Shown here piece after piece: positions 1-9,671 of a stretch of 64,000 bases of DNA. Position 1 is the first letter of the stretch. Every line of letters begins with the position of its first letter. The notes beneath the pieces were generated by a model. The model was not told the origin of the DNA. It did no database searches and was given only the letters and a program-made list of their open reading frames with translations. The translations under genes and the position numbers were made by a program. The stretch is from an uncultured Verrucomicrobiae bacterium (lineage in GTDB: Bacteria > Verrucomicrobiota > Verrucomicrobiia > Limisphaerales > JAFGQR01), in assembly GCA_963788655.1 (NCBI GenBank), contig CAWBHS010000075.1:1-64000 (forward strand), in the 5' to 3' direction.

Positions 1-570
1 AACAATCGTCCCTTCGCGGCCGCCCGGTGTACAAACCACTTGCTGGCCGTCCACCAGTGGCGATTCGGCGTAGCCCCAGCCGGACATCATTTTGCCGTGG
101 AAATCCTTGCTCAAACTCCGGTTCCACCGTTCCTTACCCGTGACGGCTTCCGCGCAGATCAAGTCGCCGTGTTGATTCAAAGCGTAGATCAGTTCGCCGT
201 CCACCGTCGGCGTGCAACGCGGTCCCGGATAACCACCACCGCCGCCCGGCCGGCCGAGGCGGGTGGACCAAACGATCTTGCCGTCCGCCAGGTTCAGCGC
301 CAGTAGATAACTGCCATCCCCGAGATCGCCCATTGTGTAAATGCGGTCTCCCACGACGGACACACCGGAATAGCCATCGCCCAAACCATGAGCTTTCCAG
401 GCAAGCGGCGGCCCTTCGGCCGGCCACTGCTTCAACAGGCCGGTTTCGGTGCAACGGCCGTCACGATGCGGACCACGCCATTGCGGCCAGTCCGCGCCGG
501 CGGCAATGGTCACGGAGATCAGAGTCAGCGAGGCCAGAATCAAAATGGAACGTATCAGTTGCTTCATCAT
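1..570 (-). CDS. PQQ-binding-like beta-propeller repeat protein (BamB-like), runs off left edge
   Basis: Manual translation from ATG at 570: [38 protein letters not shown]...[16 protein letters not shown]...PRCTPTVDG...[11 protein letters not shown]; signal peptide plus typical DWPQWRGP and PQQ-repeat motifs. Absent from the ORF track because no stop lies in the window. Confidence 0.85.
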   Translation of the reverse strand, partial: MMKQLIRSILILASLTLISVTIAAGADWPQWRGPHRDGRCTETGLLKQWPAEGPPLAWKAHGLGDGYSGVSVVGDRIYTMGDLGDGSYLLALNLADGKIVWSTRLGRPGGGGGYPGPRCTPTVDGELIYALNQHGDLICAEAVTGKERWNRSLSKDFHGKMMSGWGYAESPLVDGQQVVCTPGGREGTIV

Positions 571-648
571 CGTATTTGCAGATTCAATTAAATTGTTTGC
601 GCGGGCACTTGCCATAATCGATGATTGGACGCGAGACAACCGAATTCC

Positions 649-1876
649 TTGAAAAAAACTTGTGCTTTATTCCTGGCGGCGTTGGCCATCTTGGCCTCCG
701 AAAACCAGCTCCCAGCGGCGGAGTGGTTGGTGGCCACCAACGGTACCCGAACGCGGTGGAGGCACGGCATCGTCGCCCTGGGACATCGCGTCGGCGTTGG
801 CTGGCCGGCAGAAAGTCACGCCGGGAGATACCTTGTGGTTGCGCGGCGGAACTTACAAATATCCGGGAACTGTTGGCAGCGCCGGCTTTGTGGTGAAGCT
901 GGCCGGGAGTGAACTGGCGCCCATCGTGGTCCGCGCCCGACCGGGCGAACGCGTGACTCTCGACGGCAGCTTGACGGTGCAGGAACCGGCTACGCACCTC
1001 TGGATTTGGGGTCTGGAGATTTTGGTTTCAGAGCCGCGACCACCTCAACCCGTGCCGCCCGACCCAAGTTATCGCAATGTTAACCGGCCCTGGGGTGGGT
1101 TGAACATTCACAGCGGGAGCCACTGCAAATTCATCAACCTGGTGATCCACGACAACTGTCAGGGCATCAGTTGGTGGGTGGGTTCGCACGACAGCGAAGT
1201 GTCTGGCTGCCTCATTTATGACAATGGCTGGGCCGGCACTGATCGCGGCCATGGCCACGCGATCTACACGCAGAACAATGACGGTGTGAAGCGGATCACC
1301 GATTGTATCATGACCGGCGGGTACGGTTACACGATGCACGCCTACGGTTCCAGCCGCGCGTATGTGAACGGTTACCTCGCCGAGGGCAATATCTGCTACG
1401 ACGCCGGCACCTTCTTGATTGGCGGGGGCCGGCCCAGTCACCGCATTCGTGTGCTGACCAATTTTCTTTACGGCCTGAATCTGCAACTGGGTTACAACGC
1501 GCCGACCAATTTCGATTGCGAAGTGCTGGGCAACACGATCGTCAACGGCGGTCTGATCATCAACCGGTTTGGCCAGGTCATCCAGCGCGGTAACCGTGTG
1601 CTTGGTAAGTCAGCGCCACGGCCATCCGTTCCGGAGATTATCCTGCGGCCGAACAAATATGATCCATTGCGGGCACACCTGGCGATTTACAACTGGAACC
1701 GACAAGCAAGGGTCGCCGCGGATTTGTCCGGGTTTTTGAAGCCGGGTGACGCGTTTGCATTGCACCGACCGCGCGAAGTGTTCGGGCCACCGACTGTCAT
1801 GGGAGTCTTTGACGGACATCCGGTGGCATTGGATATCCCCGGCGAGTTCGCCGTTTTTGTGCTGTTCAAACGCTAA
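649..1876 (+). CDS. Secreted right-handed parallel beta-helix (pectin lyase-like) protein, one frameshift near 745
   Basis: Signal peptide (TTG 649) [33 protein letters not shown] in one frame continues as [15 protein letters not shown]...[12 protein letters not shown]...[16 protein letters not shown] in ORF 662..1876; DNG/GHGHAIY/NICYD beta-helix repeats. Confidence 0.75.
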
Positions 1877-1881
1877 CGTAA

Positions 1882-2238
1882 CGTGCTGCCGACATCTTGT
1901 CGGCAGGTCGAACGTAACTTTGCCCCGCGAACCAAAGCCGAAATTCGAGCGCCCCCGGGGCATCCGTTCCTGCCGGCGAGACGCCGGCAGCACGTTGGGC
2001 AGCGTGTTGCCGACATCCTGCCGGCAGATCGAACGGAACCTTGCCCCGCGAACCAAAGCCGAAATTCGAGCGCACCTGGGGCATCCGTTCCTGCCGGCGA
2101 GACGCCAGCAGCACGTTGGGCAGCGTGCTGCCGGCATCCTGCCGGCAGGTCGAACGCAACTTTGCCCCGCGAACCAAAGCCGCAATTCGAGCGCACCTGG
2201 GGCCTCCGTTCCTGCTGACAGGACGCCGGCAGGACATT
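1882..2238. repeat. BIME-like array: three tandem 121-bp units, each with an inverted pair of REP-like palindromes
   Basis: Units start at 1882, 2003, 2124; each reads CGTGCTGCCGGCATCCTGCCGGCAG...conserved spacer...CTGCCGGCGAGACGCCGGCAGCACGTTG with a few substitutions. Confidence 0.9.
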
Positions 2239-2297
2239 GAGGGAAAACGCTTGGGCGCGGCAATGGTGGTTTGTGGGCCCGAAGAAATTTGCTCACT

Positions 2298-2326
2298 TTG
2301 ATAATAAGTCGATGACACTCTAAGCT
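2298..2326 (+). promoter_or_regulatory. Putative sigma70 promoter of the histidine kinase
   Basis: TTGATA (2298-2303), 17-bp spacer, TAAGCT (2321-2326), 20 nt upstream of ATG 2347. Confidence 0.45.
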
Positions 2327-2346
2327 GAGCGTTGTAAATTTGCGAT

Positions 2347-4380
2347 ATGGATTCGGCGCAGATCAAAGTTCTGTTGGTCGAGGACAGCCGCATGGATTCG
2401 CGGTTGATTTGCCTTTACCTCGGAGAAAGCCGCACGCACTTTTCCATCACGGTCGTCGAACGGCTCAAGGACGCCCTGCAAAAGCTGCACGAGGACAAGT
2501 TTGATGTCATTCTCAGTGATCTTTCCCTGCCTGACAGTCTCGGCTTGGAAACTTTCACCCGGATCCACGCCCAAGCACCAACTGTGGCAATCCTGGTGCT
2601 GAGCGGTGCGGATGATGACACGCTGGCCACTACGGCCGTGCGCGAAGGAGCACAGGATTATCTGGTGAAAGGTCGCTTTGATTCGCACTTGCTGACCCGG
2701 GCGGTTTGCTACGCGATTGAGCGGCAGCGCGCCGAACTGGTGTTGCAAGAACGCGAGCAACGACTGCAACAATTGCTCGAGTCCATCACCGATTACACCT
2801 ATTCGGTGATCCTGGAAAACGACCACCCCAAGCAAGCCGTCCATGGGCCGGGCTGCGAAGGCGTCACGGGCTACACTGCCGAGGAATATGCCAGGGACGG
2901 TGACCTGTGGATTCGGATGGTACACGAGAAGGACCGCGACCTCGTGCGGGAACAAACCCGGCAGGTTCTGGCCGGCCATACGCCACCGCCACTGGAGCAC
3001 CGGATTATTCATAAGAATGGCAATATCCTCTGGGTGCGCAGCACCGTGGTACCGCGCCGCGATGAGCGCGGACGGATGACCGCTTATGACGGCCTGATTT
3101 CGGACATCACCGAGCGCAAAGTCGCGGAAAACAAGCTCATCAAGTCGGAGGCGTTTTACCATTCTTTGGTCGAAAACCTGCCCCAGAACATATTTCGCAA
3201 GGATCTGGACGAGCGGTTCACGTTTGCCAACCAACGTTTCTGCCAACTGCTCGGCCATTCCTTGGACGAAATCATCGGTAAAACCGACTTTGATTTTTAC
3301 CCATCCGAACTGGCTTCCAAGTACCAGCGCGATGATCGAGAAGTCATTCGCGCCGGCAAGATTTTGGAAACGGTCGAAGAGAACGTCTCGACCACCGGCG
3401 AAAAGATTATTGTGCAGGTCGTCAAGACGCCGATCTTTGACGCCAACGGCATGAAACTCGGGACTCAGTGCATTTTTTGGGACATTACCAAGCAGCGGCA
3501 GTTCGAGGAGAAATTGCAAAAAGCCAACACCGAATTGGCCGCCAGCGAAGCGGCCTTGCGCAAATCCCACGAGGAATTGAAGGCCGCTCAATTGCAATTG
3601 ATTCACGCCGAGAAAATGGAGTCCATCGGCACTCTGGCGGCCGGGGTGGCGCACGAAGTCAAGAATCCGCTGGCCATCATGGAAATGGGCGTCAGTTTCC
3701 TGACCAAGAAACTGGGGAACGTCGAGGAGAATATCGCCTCGGTTCTCAAAGAAATGAAGGAGGCCATCGCGCGGGCGGATTCCATCACCAAAGGTTTGTT
3801 GGACTATGCGGCGGAAGGCAAGCTCAGTTCCGAGTTGGAAAACCTTAATCCTCTCATTGAGGGATCCCTGCGCTTGGTGCGGCACGCTTTGACTTCCAAG
3901 AGCATCCAGTTGGAAAAACAACTGGCGGACAAACTGCCCCGGGTTTCCCTGGACCGGAACCGCCTTCAACAAGTGCTGGTCAACGTGTTCATGAACGCCA
4001 TCCAGGCCATGCCCGAAGGCGGCACGCTCACGGTGCGCACCACCGCGCAATTGATCGCCAAAACCAGCCACTCCGAAGGCCTGCGACATGCCGGCAGTTT
4101 CTGGGTGGGCGACACGGCGGCGGTCATCGAAGTGGACGACACCGGCCCGGGCATTCCCCAGGATAACATGACCAAAATCTACGATCCGTTTTTTACCACC
4201 AAACCCACCGGGGAAGGCACCGGCCTGGGGCTGCCCGTGTCGCGCAAGATTATCGAGTTGCACGGGGGCTTGATGGAAGTTAACAATATCCCCGGTGGCG
4301 GTGTGCGCGTAACGATCATGCTCAAGGCGCACAAGGAAAAGGATAAACAAGATGGCAAAGAAACGCATCCTGCTGGTTGA
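2347..4380 (+). CDS. Hybrid sensor histidine kinase (REC-PAS-PAS-HisKA-HATPase_c)
   Basis: N-terminal receiver (VLLVED...DVILSDLSLPD...GAQDYLVK), two PAS/PAC segments (DITERK, DITKQR), H-box AGVAHEVKNPL, N-box NVFMNAIQAM, G-boxes DTGPGI and GEGTGLGL. Confidence 0.95.
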   Translation: MDSAQIKVLLVEDSRMDSRLICLYLGESRTHFSITVVERLKDALQKLHEDKFDVILSDLSLPDSLGLETFTRIHAQAPTVAILVLSGADDDTLATTAVREGAQDYLVKGRFDSHLLTRAVCYAIERQRAELVLQEREQRLQQLLESITDYTYSVILENDHPKQAVHGPGCEGVTGYTAEEYARDGDLWIRMVHEKDRDLVREQTRQVLAGHTPPPLEHRIIHKNGNILWVRSTVVPRRDERGRMTAYDGLISDITERKVAENKLIKSEAFYHSLVENLPQNIFRKDLDERFTFANQRFCQLLGHSLDEIIGKTDFDFYPSELASKYQRDDREVIRAGKILETVEENVSTTGEKIIVQVVKTPIFDANGMKLGTQCIFWDITKQRQFEEKLQKANTELAASEAALRKSHEELKAAQLQLIHAEKMESIGTLAAGVAHEVKNPLAIMEMGVSFLTKKLGNVEENIASVLKEMKEAIARADSITKGLLDYAAEGKLSSELENLNPLIEGSLRLVRHALTSKSIQLEKQLADKLPRVSLDRNRLQQVLVNVFMNAIQAMPEGGTLTVRTTAQLIAKTSHSEGLRHAGSFWVGDTAAVIEVDDTGPGIPQDNMTKIYDPFFTTKPTGEGTGLGLPVSRKIIELHGGLMEVNNIPGGGVRVTIMLKAHKEKDKQDGKETHPAG

Positions 4381-4744
4381 CGACGACAAGAGCTTCACCA
4401 ATCTACTGAGGCTCAATCTCGAGGAAACCGGTCAATACGAAGTGCGCGTGGAAAACTGGGCCGAAGACGCGCTCTCGGCCGTGCGCGAATTTCGTCCCGA
4501 CTTGGTGCTCTTGGACATCATCATGCCTCGCATGCCCGGCGGCAACGTGTCGGCGGCCATTCTGAATGACCCGGAGTTGAAGGATACCCCCATCGTTTTC
4601 CTGACGGCGGCCGTACGCAAACATCAGGTGGAAGAACACGAGGGCATCATCTGCGAACGCCCTTGCCTGGCCAAACCGGTTAGCGTGGAGATGGTCATCG
4701 AAGCCATCGAACAATACAGCAAGAAGTCCGAGCCCTCCGTGTAA
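4352..4744 (+). CDS. Single-domain response regulator (CheY-like)
   Basis: ILLVDDD...PDLVLLDIIMP...PIVFLTA...LAKPV; overlaps the 3' end of the kinase gene. Confidence 0.92.
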   Translation: MAKKRILLVDDDKSFTNLLRLNLEETGQYEVRVENWAEDALSAVREFRPDLVLLDIIMPRMPGGNVSAAILNDPELKDTPIVFLTAAVRKHQVEEHEGIICERPCLAKPVSVEMVIEAIEQYSKKSEPSV

Positions 4745-4750
4745 GCCGTT

Positions 4751-4869
4751 CAACGTGCTGCTGGCATCCTGTCGGCAGTTTGAAACGAGCTATTCGAGCT
4801 TCACTCCTTCCAGACTTCGCCCGCTAAACTTGCATCCGTTTCTGCCGGCGAGACGCCGGCAGCACGTTG
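4751..4869. repeat. Single inverted REP pair of the same family as 1882-2238, between convergent genes
   Basis: CAACGTGCTGCTGGCATCCTGTCGGCAG ... CTGCCGGCGAGACGCCGGCAGCACGTTG with a different spacer. Confidence 0.85.
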
Positions 4870-4913
4870 CGCCGCGCGAGTTGCCAAATCACTGAACTAA
4901 GGTTCTGGCCCCC

Positions 4914-6209
4914 TCAGGTTTGTCCCGCCACAATGAACCGCTCGAATTCGGAGCGCAGGTGCGGAGGAATGCGCACCTTCAGCCGCGCCGACGCTCCGTC
5001 ATAGTCGCGCTCGACCACCTGCCCAACTGCGTGTAAGCGGGCCAGCACCGCGGACGCATCGTGGGGCACGTTGACTTCCACAAAGTCGCGGATCGGCCGC
5101 AGCAGCGTGCCCAGTTCGGACATGAGTTCCTCGAGTCCCGTGGCGTGGCGCGCGGAAATGGCCACCGCATGCGGGTATTGACCCAGAAACCGCCGGACCA
5201 GTTCCCCGTTCTCGAGCTGGTCGATTTTGTTGAAGATCATCAACGTCGGTTTGCCCGTCACCCCAATCTCCTCCAGCACGGCATTCACCGCTTGGATTTG
5301 GTCTTGCGCGTGCGGATGACTGATGTCCACGACGTGCAGCAGCAAATCGGCGCGCACGACTTCTTCCAGCGTGGCTTTGAACGCCTCGACCAGGTTGTGC
5401 GGCAGTTTGCTGATGAAACCCACGGTGTCACTGAGCAACACGTTTTGGTTCGTGGGCAGGCGCAACCGGCGGGTGGTCGGATCCAGCGTGGAAAAGAGTT
5501 TGTCTTCGGCGCTGATCCCGGCGCCGGTCAGGGTGTTGAGTAAGGTCGATTTGCCGGCGTTGGTGTAACCGACAATCGACGCGAGCGGCCAAAGGTGCCG
5601 TTGCCGGCCAGCCCGTTGGGTCGTGCGCTGACGCTGCACCAGTTCCAGTTCGTTGCGAATCGTATCAATACGTTCCTGAACCCGGCGGCGATCCGCTTCG
5701 AGTTGCGATTCGCCTTCGCCACCGCGCAAGCCAATACCGCCTTTTTGCCGGGAAAGGTGGCCCCAATAACGCGTCAACCGGGGCAGCAAATACTGCAATT
5801 GCGCGAGTTCAACCTGGAGCTTGCCTTCGCGCGTGCGGGCGCGTTGGGCGAAAATGTCGAGAATCAGCGTGGTGCGGTCCAGGACTTTGCACTCGAAGAT
5901 TTTCTCGAGGTTGCGCGCCTGGGCGGGCGAGAGTTCGTCATCGAAGACGATGGTATCGACGCGTTGGCGGCGGCAGGCGTGGGCAAATTCCTCGGCCTTG
6001 CCCTTGCCGATGAACGTGGCCGCCACGGGTGCCTCCAGTTTTTGAGTGCCCTGGCCAATCACCTCCGCCCCCAGCGTGGTGGCCAATTCGCCCAATTCGG
6101 CAAGCGAATCCTGCACGTCCCACGCCGAGCGCGCTTTCAATTCAATACCTACCAGAAAGACCCTGACGGTCCGCCGGTCCGCTGTCTCAATCAGTGCTTT
6201 CAACGTCAC
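4914..6209 (-). CDS. hflX: Ribosome-splitting GTPase HflX
   Basis: DRTTLILDIFAQRARTREGKLQVELAQL, G1 GYTNAGKSTL, LFSTLDPTTR, DTVGFI, NKID motifs. Confidence 0.96.
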   Translation of the reverse strand: MTLKALIETADRRTVRVFLVGIELKARSAWDVQDSLAELGELATTLGAEVIGQGTQKLEAPVAATFIGKGKAEEFAHACRRQRVDTIVFDDELSPAQARNLEKIFECKVLDRTTLILDIFAQRARTREGKLQVELAQLQYLLPRLTRYWGHLSRQKGGIGLRGGEGESQLEADRRRVQERIDTIRNELELVQRQRTTQRAGRQRHLWPLASIVGYTNAGKSTLLNTLTGAGISAEDKLFSTLDPTTRRLRLPTNQNVLLSDTVGFISKLPHNLVEAFKATLEEVVRADLLLHVVDISHPHAQDQIQAVNAVLEEIGVTGKPTLMIFNKIDQLENGELVRRFLGQYPHAVAISARHATGLEELMSELGTLLRPIRDFVEVNVPHDASAVLARLHAVGQVVERDYDGASARLKVRIPPHLRSEFERFIVAGQT

Positions 6210-6420
6210 AATGGTCGCCGGGCCAGTTCCGGCCTCGTTGCCGATCCAGATTCAAGTCCACCTGAATCCGTGGTCGAATCGCCCTGGTTCGGGCGACAAA
6301 CCGCGGCTTGATTGTCGGCTCCATCATGCCGGCAACCTGCCGAAGCGATCGGAAGGCGGCAACCATATTCGTGCGCAACATAACACGCCGCCGGGCGGCA
6401 CCAAAGTCCCGAGACCGAAT

Positions 6421-7371
6421 TCAACCGTTCGATTGCCAGAGATCGGCCACGCGAGCCGCTGTGGCTGCCGCAGGTTCTGCGGGCAGGATTTCCAGCCAAG
6501 ATAAATCCGCCTGGTGACGGAACCAGGTCAATTGCCGTCGGGCAAATTGCCGGGTGCGCGTCTTAACCAGCGCGATGGTTTCCGCCAACGGCCGGTCGCC
6601 CCGCAAGTATTCGACGACCTGGCGATAGCCCAGCGCTTGCAAAGCGGTCTTGTTTTCGGCAAGTCCGCTTTGGAGAAGCGCCTTGGTTTCCGCCACCAAT
6701 CCGCGTTCGAACATCCGTTCGACGCGCTGGTCGATGCGCTGGCGCAGGTCGTCAGTCTGGCGGGACAGGCCCACGAACACGTGGGGCATCGATTCCGCGG
6801 CAGCCGGCCAAGCGGCGCGTTGGGCGGAAAAGGGCTGGCCGGTCAGGCGAATGACTTCCACGGCGCGCACCACCCGCCGGGGATTCTGCCGGTCAATGCG
6901 CGCGAAGGTGACCGAGTCACTTTGCTCCAGTTCACGAAGCAACTCAGACAATGGCGTGGCTTCCAATTCCGCACGCACGGACGGATTGGAGGGCGGAGCG
7001 GTGCCGAGTCCTTCAAGATACGCTTTGAAATAAAGTCCGGTGCCGCCGCACAGAATGGGCACGTTTCCTCGAGCTTGGATATCCGGCACGGCTTGTCGGG
7101 CCAGGTCCACAAACCGAGCGGCGTCGAAAGGCTCGCTCAGTTCAACGACATCAATTAAATGGTGCGGCACCCGTTGACGTTCGGCAGGAGAAGGTTTGGC
7201 CGTGCCGAGGTCCAAGCCGCGATAGACCTGCATCGAGTCCACGGAAATAATTTCGCCACCCAATTGGATGGCCACTTCCAGCGCCACCTCCGATTTGCCA
7301 ACCGCCGTCGGTCCCGCGATGAAGAGCAGGGGCGTTGGGGAACTGGGATGGGACGGGGAAGTTTGCCGCAC
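6421..7371 (-). CDS. miaA: tRNA dimethylallyltransferase (start uncertain; GTG at 7371 chosen)
   Basis: GPTAVGKS, ISVDSMQVYRGLDLGTAKP, PHHLID, GGTGLY, RRVVRAVEV, TRQFARRQLTWF. Confidence 0.95.
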   Translation of the reverse strand: MRQTSPSHPSSPTPLLFIAGPTAVGKSEVALEVAIQLGGEIISVDSMQVYRGLDLGTAKPSPAERQRVPHHLIDVVELSEPFDAARFVDLARQAVPDIQARGNVPILCGGTGLYFKAYLEGLGTAPPSNPSVRAELEATPLSELLRELEQSDSVTFARIDRQNPRRVVRAVEVIRLTGQPFSAQRAAWPAAAESMPHVFVGLSRQTDDLRQRIDQRVERMFERGLVAETKALLQSGLAENKTALQALGYRQVVEYLRGDRPLAETIALVKTRTRQFARRQLTWFRHQADLSWLEILPAEPAAATAARVADLWQSNG

Positions 7372-7393
7372 GGGGCCCTGGGCTTGGGATGGT

Positions 7394-8185
7394 TCAGCCA
7401 GTTTGCTTGGCGGGGGCGGGTTCTTTGGTCTGCGGACGCGGCAGTTTCCACCAGAGCAGCGCACCGGCGGCAAAGATAAGAATGCCCATGAACTGTCCCG
7501 GTGTGAGCCTGCCCAAGACATATTCGGTGGTGTAATCGCCCCGAAAGATTTCCACAAATCCCCGCAGCAGCGCGTAACCGATCAGATAGACAGCGAAGAC
7601 CTGGCCGTCGAACTTCTTACGCCGATACAGCCAGGCCAGCGCGGCATATAATCCCAAGCTCAGCAACGCGTCGTAAAGTTGGGTAGGATGTACGCCAACG
7701 CCGTGGGTAAAATGATCAGCCGGGAAATGGATAGCCCATGGCAAGTCAGTCGGACGGCCAAAGCAACACCCGTTCATCAGGCACCCCATCCGGCCAAACA
7801 CGTATCCCAACGGGATGCTCGGTGCCATGGCATCGGCCAGTTTCCACAACGGAACCCGTCTGACGCGCACGTAAATCATGATGGCCAAAGCCGCGCCTAT
7901 CAAGCCGCCGTAAAACACCAGGCCGCCGTGCCGTACCATGAAGATTTCCGTCCAAGGCTCGTGGGCAAATTGTTCGTGCCAGTAAGTGATCACATACATG
8001 GCCCGGGCGCCGACAATCGTTCCCAGGATGAGCCAAGTGCCGGCATCGACCACGTTTTCAGGTTTGAGACCATCGCGCAGGCAACGCCGGCTGGCGGTCC
8101 ACAAACCAACCACAAACGCCGTGGCCAACAGGACGCCATACCAGTAAATCGGGACTGACCCGAGGTGAAATGCTATCGGATGCAC
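7394..8185 (-). CDS. lgt: Prolipoprotein diacylglyceryl transferase
   Basis: IYWYG, GARAMYV, GGLVFYGGLIG, GRMGCLMNGCCFGRPT, HPTQLY, RGFVEIFRGD; multiple TM helices. Confidence 0.95.
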   Translation of the reverse strand: MHPIAFHLGSVPIYWYGVLLATAFVVGLWTASRRCLRDGLKPENVVDAGTWLILGTIVGARAMYVITYWHEQFAHEPWTEIFMVRHGGLVFYGGLIGAALAIMIYVRVRRVPLWKLADAMAPSIPLGYVFGRMGCLMNGCCFGRPTDLPWAIHFPADHFTHGVGVHPTQLYDALLSLGLYAALAWLYRRKKFDGQVFAVYLIGYALLRGFVEIFRGDYTTEYVLGRLTPGQFMGILIFAAGALLWWKLPRPQTKEPAPAKQTG

Positions 8186-8194
8186 TTGCCACTC

Positions 8195-8223
8195 AGCTTA
8201 GGCGGAGCAACCGGCGAGAGCAA
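8195..8223 (-). promoter_or_regulatory. Putative sigma70 promoter of lgt-miaA-hflX
   Basis: Minus strand TTGCTC (8223-8218), 17-bp spacer, TAAGCT (8200-8195), 9 nt before the GTG start at 8185. Confidence 0.45.
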
Positions 8224-8301
8224 TTGACAATTCCAGATCGGGCAGCCGGCAGGATGGATGTTCCGCATGGGAGGCGACCAGACTTGATTGCGTTCGAACC
8301 T

Positions 8302-8423
8302 CGCACCAGCGTTTGGAGTGCGCGGAGCTTGCTCCCGCTTTCATTTACAGAGGTCCGCCAAGCACTGCCGGCGTACTGACGGGAAAGCGCCGGCAAGCGA
8401 GACGCACGCCAGACGCTGGCGCG
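8302..8423. repeat. Inverted REP-like pair, second family
   Basis: CGCACCAGCGTTTGGAGTGCGCGGAGCTTGCTCCCGCTTT ... AAAGCGCCGGCAAGCGAGACGCACGCCAGACGCTGGCGCG; imperfectly complementary arms in an intergenic region. Confidence 0.7.
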
Positions 8424-8484
8424 CGCGAACGCGAGCCCCTCCCCCGTGGAAACACGCCGTGCGATGAAGCGTTTGATTCGGGAG

Positions 8485-9615
8485 CTACTTCGCCAGCAAT
8501 TCGAGCATGCCGTTGCCCAGGGCCTGGCCGATCCGGTAATAAATCCTCGCGCTGCCGAGATAATGATAACCGCGTTCCGACCCCACATTGTAAAACTTCA
8601 CCCAGTCCGGCCCTTGCCACACGTTTTCGTTGACCATCTTTTCCACGTCGGGCTCCCAGAACTCGACGGTCTTGACAAATTTCACATTGCCTTGGAACTC
8701 GGGTAGTTCCGCCACGGCAGCCTGGGCGGCCTGGAACTCGCCGCGCTTTCCGTTGGCGCCCAATTCGCCAATGACCACCGGCAGTTTCGGCGCCTGCAAG
8801 TCCTTGCGCACGTCCTTGATCAATTGCGCCAGCCGCTCGGTGTATTGCACATACTTTTCCTCGCGTTGCGCGCCATCGACCATGTCGTTCCAGCCTTGGA
8901 ACCAGACGAATCCGGCCAATTCGTATCCCTGCTTTTCGTCGTATTTTGTGAAATGATCTTTGAGGTGGCCGAGCACGTCCCGGACATGGGCAATCATGTC
9001 GCGGTAGGCTTGGCCGTATTTGGCTTTTATGTCGGCCAGCGTGGTTTCCGGATTCCGCTTGCGGGTATTCTCGAGTTCCTTCTGAAGAATCTCGTCGGTG
9101 GGCAAGGATGCACTGGGCGGCAGAAAATCTTTCTTCACACTGCGGCCGCCCCAGCAGGTCTTAATCAGCAACACCTGTTGCTTCAGGTTTTCGCCGATGA
9201 CCCAACCGAACCCCAGCTCCGGCCCCATCTGCATTTCGTTGGCGCCAAATCCGGGTTTGAGTTTGCCGCTGCGTTCGCCGTCGGTCGTCCACACCCAAAC
9301 ATCGCTGCGCTCGACCCAGCGCCCCTCCCGATCTTTCCATTGTTCGTAATCGGCGGCGGTCTTCTCGTTATAAATCAAGTATTCCAACGTGCGCAACGCT
9401 GCGTGGCCTTGCATGTTGGACTGACCGGCCAGGATAAAGACTTTAACCGGCCCCTTTTTCTGGGGATACGGATCGCGGTTGAATGCAGATTCCGGCACCT
9501 TGGCGGCACCCACTCCGGTAAACAAGACTGACACCAGCAGGAACAGGCCGGACGCTGAAGATTTTAGGAGGTTGAACCGGTTGGTCCAAGTGAGGCAAAT
9601 CAGTTGATTGGACAT
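8485..9615 (-). CDS. Sialate O-acetylesterase-family (SASA/CE6-like SGNH) esterase
   Basis: VKVFILAGQSNMQG, GPELGFG, LLIKTCWGG, GFVWFQGWND, YHYLG motifs; hydrophobic N-terminal stretch. Start placed downstream of the DUF554 stop rather than at the ORF-track start. Confidence 0.85.
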   Translation of the reverse strand: MSNQLICLTWTNRFNLLKSSASGLFLLVSVLFTGVGAAKVPESAFNRDPYPQKKGPVKVFILAGQSNMQGHAALRTLEYLIYNEKTAADYEQWKDREGRWVERSDVWVWTTDGERSGKLKPGFGANEMQMGPELGFGWVIGENLKQQVLLIKTCWGGRSVKKDFLPPSASLPTDEILQKELENTRKRNPETTLADIKAKYGQAYRDMIAHVRDVLGHLKDHFTKYDEKQGYELAGFVWFQGWNDMVDGAQREEKYVQYTERLAQLIKDVRKDLQAPKLPVVIGELGANGKRGEFQAAQAAVAELPEFQGNVKFVKTVEFWEPDVEKMVNENVWQGPDWVKFYNVGSERGYHYLGSARIYYRIGQALGNGMLELLAK

Positions 9616-9671
9616 GATGGGCAAATGCTGCGGAGGACGAAAATCGTTTGTCAAGTGGCGGCCGGCCCGGC

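Noticed and set aside
1882..2238. CRISPR array, or small proteins from ORFs 1610..2296, 1866..2393 etc.
   Set aside because: The sequence between palindromes is nearly identical in all three units (no unique spacers) and there are no cas genes; the ORFs are translations of the repeat.
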